Assembly: GCA_965637545.1 (NCBI GenBank)
Contig: OZ281500.1
Span: 6,510,001 to 6,574,000 of the forward strand
From: Phallusia mammillata
Taxonomy: Eukaryota
DNA length: 64,000 nucleotides
Direction: 5' to 3'
A program made the translations under genes and the position numbers. Shown piece after piece: positions 53,513 through 64,000 of this stretch (the first letter of the stretch is position 1; the number at the start of each line of letters is the position of its first letter). The notes below the pieces were generated by a model, which searched no databases, was not told the DNA's origin, and saw nothing but the letters and a program-made list of their open reading frames with translations.

Positions 53513-56500
53513 TTCGGCAGCAGGGGAAGCAGAATATCATGAACAAACCGCTATTTAAATCCATTCAATACAAAGAAAAACGTTTTACAATTGCTGCAAA
53601 GTTACCATAAAAATAAATTTTAGTTGGCAAAAAGATAATCCCTTGAACTGCAAAAAAGTTCCAACCAAAGCTGCACGCTGCAATTACCCACCAAGCAAAC
53701 TGGTGGTCTACAAGTCCAAACCGATCCTTTAGCTGTGCTGCGCTACGGTACACTTTGCGACCACTTATACAGTTATGATTTGCGATAGGCGACGTAATAT
53801 GCTTGAAAAAACATCCGACCAGCCAAGAACCCACGACCGGACGCGATAGTACTCAAAATGCAATGGCTGTGATTTCTAGAAACCACTTTGCTGGGCAGCA
53901 ACGCGTGTTGATCACGACCTGTTTGCTAGAGCAGCCACGACGCACCCACACAATACAGAATAGGAATGTTCCCATAGTCAAGCTTGGTCGAGCTAAAGGC
54001 CTCGTTCCATTAGATTGTTCAGTGTGTTGTATTCGTACACAACGCCCACTGTTCATGAGGAGCAGGGGTACATTTGGGGCAAAAAATAATCAAGATTGCA
54101 TCACAATGACGTGGGGCTCATGCGTAACAATAGCGCGAGGCAGTGCAGTCTGGGATGGTCGCGAATTAGGAAATTGATCTCAGTGGAGGCGGCGCAAAAG
54201 CAGCTCACGTGAATTGGTTAAGCGGCCATGCGCAATGTTTGACAACAAAACCGACAGGGCGGGTGTTTCGACGAATGACTTCAAAGATTGTGTGGTTGCA
54301 TGGGGTTAAAATGTCCAGCATTGTATTGTCTGACAACCCATCTGAAGCAATTTGTTGACGGTGTTCAATTCGTGGTCCTGAGTATTGAGGGGAGGCATTT
54401 AGGTGAAACACGCTATTCTGCACCTTGTTATCGTATTCGAAGAAACACAATACTGGTCACAAAAAGCGAGAAAGACTACAGATGTAGATGAAATTGCTTC
54501 AGCAAAAATCTAACCTTCAATGCCCACTGATTCATCATTTTTGGAAATGCAAGAGAATCCATTTTAATTTAGCATGACATTACACGTACTTCAACTACAC
54601 AATGGATCTGCAATACAGTGAGGTTAGACACAGTGGAGACTCAAAAATCTTTCCTATACACCTCAGTTTGCCCCCTGTAAACACAAAAGAGCAAATGTAG
54701 TCGATTTGCCATTTGTGTGAACAGAGTGAAGGACATAAATTCACGACCCACTCAACTTTAATAAAAACTTGCGGCGTTCGTACAACATACCACCGCCAGT
54801 ACACGTCCATGCCTAATTTATCAGGGTCGGTGGTTGAATTTCAATTTGCAGTGCCATATATCATGCTTTCACTTGTATTTGCTTAAGGAAGAAGCAACGC
54901 TGCTTCGATCATTTGTCAAAGGGCAATGTTAGAACAGAACGAGTAAAATCCGACGATGTTTGTCGATTCAATTAAGTACTCGTATTCTACTCGGGTTTTC
55001 AAATTTTGGCTTGTCCACTGTGAAAGAGATCAAAACGCGCTGTGGCGATTTACACGCGTTGTATAAGAGGTCAGAGAGACCCACAATGTTATGACTTGGG
55101 AGCGGCAAGCGCTGCCACGGTGGCCAAACTTATATCGGAATCACACGATCAAGCATCCACACTTGAGTATTATTCAACTTAAAATATAATTGCCTGCAAC
55201 ATTACTATTTCTATTGGAATAATAATAGGTTTAATAACAACGTTATTTTGAGGTTGTCGGCGTGTATAGAAAGCCCTTTGACCATTCCAGTGTATCGCCT
55301 GGGCAGCATAACAAATGACGATCTGCAACCTTTCCGACCCCTGGCCAGCGCTCGTAATTCATTAACATTTCGACACGATTACGTCGAGTCCAGTGTATAC
55401 AGCATCACGTCAGTGCAATGTTTGTCAAAGGCCATGTGTCCAGTTTACGTGAATATCCGCATGGATGGATACTTTCCAGACCGGTTAAGCTCTTGCTCGG
55501 TTGCTCAAATATTGACTCACCGACGAACGGCGATCAGACGCCGATGATTTAACCGGCGATAAAACCGCGGTTATCAGTACTCAGTGCAGGCCAATTGAGT
55601 TTACGTCATAAAATTATGTTACGAGTAAAAGATGCTTGGTAAACATAACAGACGAACACTGAGCGACATAAATGGTCCTTTTTATCTTTTTCGGAAAGCA
55701 TCTGTCTTTACGAAGTGTCAGATCTAAATATAAGTTTGTGTATATTTTGCACTCCACTAATCACAATGTAACTAAACTGGTTAACATCTTCAAAACATTG
55801 ATTGATGTAGCCTGTTTTGCCGTCCTATATATGAAATGAATATGAGTAGATAAGGTCTTATGAATCCTAATAAAAACCCAATACGCCACTGTGTGTTTAA
55901 TCGGCTTAGATGAATTTTTAATTGGTTGTTTTTTTAGCGTTACGAAAGTCCGAATTAAATTCAGGCAACAGACGCATCGCTTCCTGCGCCCACGATACGG
56001 CCTTGCTTTCTTGGATAGCGGACAGTTTAATCAATTATTTATCGCCAACGCTCGCTCATCAAGCGAGAATTCCGACCTGACGTAAATTTCTCGCAAGCAC
56101 GGCGTCGTTAAAAATACCTCTGTAAACAATTGTCAATGATGGACAAACATGGGGCGAATTGGTATCGGAAAACAAGCATTATTAAGGAGTGAGTTACAGA
56201 AAATGTGACGTTAACGACAAACCGACCACAAATTTTTGATCCGTATTGTCAAGCGACCGTTTACAACTCCTTAGTGGTGCAACGTAGTTCCTGATTTTCA
56301 AAATACATGATAATTTGAAAAATTTACAGGTTTGAATACTACAGTGAAGGTACATGGCCATTGCTAAAATCCAACCCGGCAATTCAGGTTCTCGCTGTAG
56401 CGGGAAAGGGTTAACCGCCTTGCAATTCACACCTTCTCATGACGGTTCATCATACGCTCACTTACACCTCAATATCGGTGGCCTTGCACAAATCGATGTC

Positions 56501-57440
56501 AAAGTGACCATCAATTACGTGCCACATCGGCGGGCGAACATTTCTGCATGCCTATAGCACACGGGTAATAATATGCCACAACCGATCGTCAGACTTGACA
56601 GCGTGTTATCATCGACGCTGTTATACCAACCTATTTTCTGCCAGCCATGTACCTGGGATTCGCAGTATTGCTCGGAAAGACGGTAATGAAAGTGGACAAT
56701 TTAATGCGAATCGACGGGCTTAATACTCTCGACCTCCAGTAAGATGGCGGTCAAGGATTGTCGATGAAATCCCAAGTAATAGATTTGTGATTGTAGGATT
56801 TTAGTGCTTATCCTTGTACTCGCTATCATATTTATTAAAAAACCTTCGCATGTGGCGACCGGCAAAACTATTTTTTGGCACGTCTTTGTAATAGACTGAG
56901 CTTGAGTTTTTTGACAGCAGGGTACCACGAATTGTTCATTTCTACTTTTTTGTCAGCTCCAGTGACATATTTCACGAGAAACAGAAAGCTGCTCTAATTA
57001 TAGCTGTCGCGGGCTTTGAAGCAGCAGGCAGAACACGGTAACGGTCGGAGCGAATTAACGAGGGCCTAATCATCGTAATGTAATAATGGCCGAGTACGCA
57101 CAACAACCGTTGCGACAAACAAAGCACATGTCTGGAACATTCCTATGCGATTTGAGGTGGGAAAGATGTGCTCGTTTGATCACGCAACAAGAGCCAATTA
57201 CCTGGTTTCCGCGTCTGTCAACCAACACCATAATTGATATGCTGCATCTGGTGGTGAAACTCGCGTGCGCATTTACTGCGATACATATCGACCCCGGCTG
57301 GATAGGAAGCTTTTTGTCACGCAGGATCGTGTAGAGTTTCGTGCTCCGAGACGCCGGTAAATGCGGTTGGAGAGCAGATGTAAACGAATGTCATGGCGAA
57401 CCAAAAAGCCGAGAAACTAAGCCAAAATTTAAAGCTGGTT

Positions 57441-57483
57441 GTTTTTAGAAACGTGTCCTCATGGCACGTTTTTAGAAACGTGT
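57441..57483. repeat. 16-bp direct repeat
   Basis: GTTTTTAGAAACGTGT at 57441-57456 and 57468-57483. Confidence 0.8.
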
Positions 57484-59080
57484 TGCTATGAATAGGGTGC
57501 AATTACCGGGCGCTCAGCATCCAATCTATTATTCATAAATCCCTGAACCGAAAGATACAATTGCAAAGGACACATAATGCAATCGAATAGCTGGCGTTAA
57601 AGCGGCAACAAATCGCATTTTCTCGCGGCGCTCTTGCAGAAGACAAATGACATAACACATACACGGTCGTCCATCATGATATCTACAAGGTCAAAGAAAC
57701 GACCTTGGCCATATTTCAGCGCAGAAGAGGTCGTCAATCTGCGAGGCTGTGAAAAGACGGTTTTTTGATATTAAAGAAAGGAACCCCGCAGTGTTTTGAC
57801 GTGCAATGCAATTGTGATAGATGAGAAATCGGAGTCAGATTAAGCGCATCAAAGCTATACACAGGACTGCAACAAGACGAGTGGCTCAGCAACTGTAGAA
57901 AGAGGCGACTGTCCATAGCCAGCCGGCGCCCAAGGTATCCAAGACCCAGATGGTTATCATGAGGGCGAGCGGTCACGTATTTTCGCAAATGTTATCACGA
58001 TTTATCGTAATTGTGATGTAAAGCGCGTGTCCAGAGTGAACTATGTTGTCCAATGAAAGCATTTGACCAATGCAGTAGTCGTAAAATTATATCTGTGGAA
58101 ATCTAATTTGGACATTACTCAAACATCTCCACGTGGTAGAATGTCTCAAAAACTAGAATATAACGCCATGTGAAATTGAGCCTTTTCAGTATTCTCTATC
58201 AAAGCACAAAGATATACTTGTATTTACAGTTGGATACAAATTTAGCGTCAATAATAATAATTAAAATCATTTTTTGGGTCATCCGCATTTGGCAAAAATA
58301 CAACAGTGTCTTCTGCCATTGATATTGTAGCACACATAACCAACACACTTTTAATGCAACTACACCTCCATTTTGTTTTACCACCAGTCGTTAAAGATAC
58401 TTTCACATCCCGAAAGTTCGACCGACATTCCCGAAGTGCCGACGCAACTCTGAAGAAACACAATCATCACCAGACAATAAACAAATGTGAACGCCACTTC
58501 TGTGTGTATTGAAAACAGCGCTAGGCCATCGTGGGGGTTTTACCACAGCGGGCATCGAAGCTGAAACTTAGGGACACAAAACCGAGACTTATAAGGCGGA
58601 ACCCTGTTATAAGAAAACGACAATAAATCGATTGGCAAAATTTGAGGGCCAAAACTCAATCTAAAACGACTAGCAGCGGGAGAGTTGCAATAAGCCGGGC
58701 ACGCGAAAGCTAATGAAGCCTCATTACATTGCGACATTGTGTGGGACAACTGAAGCGAAGGAATCGATGAGATTATGAAAGAATGTCGATGCGACAGAGA
58801 GAAACGGGAGCTAATAATAGCTCTAGCGGTGCGGATTTAACTTGAGCGATTTAAAATGAAAGTGACTGCCTTGGCTGAGCAAAGGTTGTCGAGGTTTTTA
58901 ACTGCAAACGCCAAAGATTCTTTATAGATGTAAAATGGAAAAATCAAATTGATCTGTGCTTGGTTAAATGTACAAAGCTTGCGTTGGTTAGAATATAACT
59001 GTTTTCGTTGCGTTGTGACGTGTTTGTGTTTAAATATTTTTTCCTTTGTTTATAGTGAACTATACTACGCGCATTCAGTG

Positions 59081-59130
59081 TTATTTACCCTGATGAAGGC
59101 GACCTGTGCAGGACGTCGAAACGTCGAAAC
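59081..59130 (+). ncRNA. Minimal hammerhead ribozyme-like motif (Penelope-type), possibly degenerate
   Basis: CTGATGA (59090-59096), then a hairpin GGCGACCT-GTGC-AGGACGTC, then GAAACGTC (59118-59125) with a palindromic ACGT. Stem I pairing is poor. Confidence 0.35.
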
Positions 59131-60550
59131 AAAAATACTTGCAAGAACAGCTCTATAATCTTGATTTAAAGAGCTTGTTAAAACGACGAAATGTGAAATA
59201 AGTTAACTTTCAGCAGTCTGATCGATAGTATGCTTATATTGTGACCCGTTATATTATGTATAAGGCCACAATGAAACACATTGCCCAATTTTTAAACACC
59301 ACAAACTTTGTTCCCCGTTTTTCGATTTTGAAGTGGTGACAGATGGAATCTATTGAACACCCAGCCAGGAAGCTGTCAAAGTCAAGCACACACAGAAAAG
59401 GAGTCTTAAATTACTGCGCACACAACAATTTACTCTGCCGCCCGTCACCACGATCAAGAGTTGTGCACCTGGACGCGACAAGCGTCACACAAACGCATTT
59501 GTCGCGCTTGGCCAGCTTTATATCCCAACCCTGCTAATGGCGCCGGTCGGGTCCCACCAGGAGGTTTCTTGTAATTCGGTGACGCGTGGCAAATACCTAA
59601 ACATTATCCGCACGAGCAATTACTGTTTTTCCCCCTTCAGTCTAACAGTCAAGGCTGCAGCGAACTTCAAAGCAATTTGGCGACCAGGCACTCGCGACGG
59701 CCAATAAGTCCAGCTGACCGATTTTCCCTCTTTCGCTTTGTTGTTTACACAGTGTTTATGAATGTGTCGGCGACCCCCTTTCCTCTGGCGCGCCCCAATT
59801 TCTCGGCATTCGCGCTCACCGGAGCTTCTAATAACTGCTTTGCCCGGAATTCAGGCGGAAAACAAGGTGCTGTTCACCACTGTAGGATAAATACTTCGTA
59901 ACAAAGCGACCAGTTGCGTCGGGCACTTAAACAAAGGAATAAATATTAAATCACGAGAACGTGGGCTACATTTTTCGAACCCTGGTAATCTAATCACCTG
60001 ATTTCAAAGTTACACAACAAACGGGGGCCTCGTTTCGCTTCGCACTGATTTCTATTTCGACAGGGTGTAACTTCCGCAAGTGACATCATTAAAAATATCT
60101 TTTATGTAACATTGGTGGCTCAATTCTCAATCACAAACACAGGTTTCGTGCAAAACTGAAATTTGTTTGCCACTAAAAAGGCACAGTTTCCTGGCCCTTG
60201 CAGCGTGGCTTTCTTAAAAAGCGAATTTGCAAAAACTACGATGCATACTGTTTAGTGACGCTGAGTTAATTGCGCTGTCAACCAAATTCTAACAAACGCC
60301 AATCTTAAGCACAACAAATGAAATGATCATTTCCGGAATTTAAAACCTTGGTTTCTTCGTCAATCGCAATCATCTTGCATAATCCAACAATCCAACCACT
60401 ATTTAATGACACCTATACCCTCTTCAACTTCGACAACAAGATTTCATGAAACCTCCACTTTCAAATGTATAAAATTGAGGTACAAAGTCAACCACTATTT
60501 TATATCAAACGCATCAAATACATTAAATAGTCATGCCTCATGCATCTCAC

Positions 60551-61016
60551 CTTTGCTGGATTCCGAATACGGACGGGCGCTAGTTGAAGCAGCCACTGTA
60601 CCAGACTCGTTTAAACTCGATCTCATCACCGCCTTCTGAGTTTTACTCGAAAGCTTACTCGAATCGGAATCGTAACAGTCGGGTTCTTTATGAGTAACAG
60701 CGGTCCTGTGACTATTGTACTTGTTTGAGTCTATCCGCTTGAAGGCGCTGCCGTCGAAGAGTGGAGCGCCCTGCTGAGTGACGTCACCTTCGCTTGCCGA
60801 CTCTGATCCCTTTGCTGATTTAGGATGTTCCTTGTGTGGCTTCTTGTGACGTAGCAAACTGCTGACGTCACGCCGTCTGTGACGTGTAGGTGAACCACCT
60901 TGCGCGGGTTCGCCGATGGGTTGTACTTTTTGGGGTGCGCTTTCCTGGGGGATTTCCTCCTCAGCGAGGGTCTGGTCCTGGTCCCACAGGGTACTTGGGG
61001 AACTTGACGTCATCAT
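60551..61016 (-). CDS. Isolated 155-codon low-complexity exon, probably a distal alternative first coding exon of teneurin
   Basis: Acceptor TAG| before 61028, ATGATG at 61016, S/P/K-rich open frame, strong donor AAAG|GTGAGA in phase 1 matching exon 38135. No other downstream coding exons were recognised between 39.4 and 60.5 kb. Confidence 0.55.
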
Positions 61017-64000
61017 GATGTAACTGACCTACAGCGTATAAAACATTGTTACAAAATTTGCTTTTCGATTTAACTCCTTAAACGTTGTATCATGTCAACG
61101 AAGTAAGTAAAACAAACTATTTTTCAATTTAAAATTCAAGTCAATTTTCAACTTGATTATTAGGTATCATGTTTAAAACGGGCCAATATTAACTGAAAGT
61201 TAAATGACACATATTGTAAGCCTTAGTTAAACGTAACTGTCCTCTGTACACAAACTTGGCTTAAATTAAACGTCACCTTCGTTACACTAAACAACATGTA
61301 CAGTTGGTATTGCCAATTGTTACTATTGCAGTTTCGCTTACAATTTACACCGCAATATAAGACATAATTTTTATAAAAAAATGATCTGACCTTGGGCTTC
61401 GGCAAGGGCCTGAAACGAATCACTGGTTTCATTGTTCACAATCGAAAAAAGTTAAACAAAGCAAACGACAAAAATACTTCAAAATCGCATACGCCTTTTA
61501 TGCTACTAACAGAACAAATGTCAGCACAACCGGATTTCTCTTCGTTCGGGTTTTCGTTAAATGTGTTTGGGTATAAATTACTTTGCGTGTTGTACCAACG
61601 TCAGTCGTTGAATAGGGACAATATGTAGGATAGTATTACACACGCATTCGCTTGGTCACCACGGTAATCGTCGATAACTAAAGTCAATAATAAACATGCT
61701 TGGTTAGCACTTTCACCAGAATACGCGTAGTACAGACAACCCCATTCATTACACTTTTTAAATCTGGGAAAAATGTTGCCAACGCTTGTTCGAACTGTAT
61801 GCCCGACACAATTTCAACAGGTTTTAGCGATAAGGTGACGTACTTAAATATGTTTATGTCAGCATCCTTTTTTTATTGTGAAATCTCAAATTCGTTACTC
61901 AAAAACCTGCCCGGAACGTGATATAAAAAGTGGTCCAAATGGTGGAACTAAACAAAGTGCATGCGAAAGTTTTTACCGGCAGAATTAGAGGTTCTGTGGA
62001 ACAGGAGTAACTCAATGTGTTACAACTAATCGGAAGCTCATGGCGCCTCTCGTTGTAGGGGTCTCCCCGCCGAGGGCTTCTGCTGTACTGTCGCACATTT
62101 ATCATCTCGTGAATGTGCAAACAAGGTCACAGAACAGTTAAATAACCTATAGTGTTAATTATCCCTGAATTGTTTGAAGTACTGACAAACAACAAGGTTG
62201 TTTAAAAGCATACGTAATATGTTTTAGCTACCTTTTGTGTACATGGAGGTTTCAATGGACTTTCTCAACATAAAATAATCGTGACGAATAAATCTCATCT
62301 TTATCTGTTCTCAGTATTATTTTTTACTTCCACTAAGCTATATACAGGACCAGCTAAACATTAAGTTAAGCTTTGAAGTCGCACTGCTTTCCAAGCTCCA
62401 TCAATATCAAAGTCATATCTTTCATAATTTTTAATTCACATCGCTTTACGGCAACTACACCTAACCTGCGCCTTGCAGCAATGCGAACCAGTGTGCAGAT
62501 AACAATGAAGGACGATTGTGCAAGAGTCGATTTCGTTACGAGCAAAATGCAATATTAATATGACGGTGAGAAGTATTAAGCCTCTCGTACTTCACTCATG
62601 GAAACGAAAAACAGTAGCGACCTACTCAAGCGTCCGCCCTTAATGCCTTGTGTCGGAAAAAGCATTACCCACTGCCACGGTTGCCAGTGTGAGGCCGAGA
62701 GCTGATCGATAAATCGCCTGAGCCGCCGTTGAACAGTTCGATGCCAGTTTTACACAAGAGATAAACAGCAGCCGGAATATTCACTTTATTTGCCCACCGT
62801 TGACCCTATAATCCGGTATTATTTGATTTCAATACTGTATTGTGGATTAAACGTGTAGACATGTCGATAAAAATGTTCTAAAAAACAAGGTGCAGTTATT
62901 GTAACCGGCGTAGTCTTACAAACTCGATAACATTTCGTAACAACCTGAATAGCCTTTTATTTACAAAAATCTTATGTGGTCAGCTTTTCGTCATCGACAA
63001 AAATATATTTTTATTTCGCGGGTTGGGTTCGTCATTTACGTTACCAAGGGGATGTTGTTTTGAAACAATAGCCCTGTCCTGGTAAAGGCGCGACGCGCAC
63101 ACATTAATAATGCACAACTTGTCGCGTTCCATTACCGAGGCGACGGAAAATGGCGTCACAATCTTTTTCTTCTTCCCGTGGGTTTTAGACGTGAGTTCGA
63201 CCGCTGTACTTTATTCCAAGCACATATTGTTACGAAATTTATTCGAAAACGTGGTAAAGTTTGTCAATGGGAATATTTTGCATGAAAGCAAATTTTATTC
63301 GAGCAAATTTATTGAATTATTTTTCATCAACGTTTTAACAAATGTAGTTGCGCTACCAAAATAACCAACATACCCATGTGATCGATGCGAGAGAGCATCT
63401 ATAGTCAAACTGCGTAAAATTTCCCACATAACATTTTATTCTCCGAGTGTCATAGTTTTTAAGGCATTTTCCTTATTTTTTGGGAAATCAGTTAAACATT
63501 GTGCCCGTTAAATTTGGAAATTTATGCGCTTTTTTAAGTTGTATGTGTGTTTACTGATTGTGAATAGTTTAGTACGATGTTAAACTGTTTTCAGGATCAT
63601 ATTCGTTGGTAATTTAATATCACGAGAATTTCTGATCTCTTTTAATTTAACAATTACCTCTGCACTGATTAGGTTTAGTGCTAACTTTGTAAATTCTGGT
63701 CATTAAATATCTGCTATTTGGTTTGCCTTCTATTTTTATTCCTAATTTCCATTAGCTTGGTTCATCCCTTGCTTTTCCAATACATTTGAAACCTCCCTTA
63801 AGCAACAAATCACAGCAGCCCCAACTCAAACTGTGTATCTGGCGTTCACAAACGCTGAACATAAACTCTATGCAAACAGTGTACACATGTTAACCGCTCT
63901 CCGGACATCTTGTAAAAAGCAGTTCGTATAAGGACCTTCCCAGTCGGGAACACGTTCGAACAAGGCTATAGCGACTGGGACTTGCTACAGCGACTAATAA

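Noticed and set aside
40000-60400. Numerous 60-150 aa ORFs in the supplied track
   Set aside because: Most start at TTG/GTG, overlap on both strands and show no recognisable motifs, as expected for non-coding DNA.

Overview
Intron-rich eukaryotic (animal) DNA; the bacterial-style ORF track mostly captures exon fragments, so I rebuilt gene models from GT-AG junctions and checked reading phase. Short introns, AT-rich sequence, a teneurin and HMMR suggest a non-vertebrate chordate, probably an ascidian (inference). Left to right: (1) 1-8111, + strand: a tandem cluster of three spliced genes encoding four copies of an AID/APOBEC-like deaminase fold, each followed by a shared C-terminal extension. 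The three fully visible copies have lost the HxE/PCxxC zinc ligands; the first copy's catalytic motif is cut by the window edge. (2) 8302-11651, - strand: an 11-exon HMMR/RHAMM gene whose C-terminal half is absent from the window, which suggests the deaminase cluster lies antisense inside an HMMR intron. (3) 14210-39338, - strand: a complete teneurin (TM, 8 EGF, NHL, YD/RHS shell, Tox-GHH/TCAP). (4) About 39.4-64 kb: mostly non-coding, with at least two further phase-1 candidate first exons that could splice into the teneurin intracellular domain. Also present: two hAT-type MITEs with perfect 8-bp TSDs, microsatellites, a possible decayed non-LTR element and a Penelope-type hammerhead-like motif. 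All homology calls come from reading the sequence and from recalled family motifs; no database search was run.
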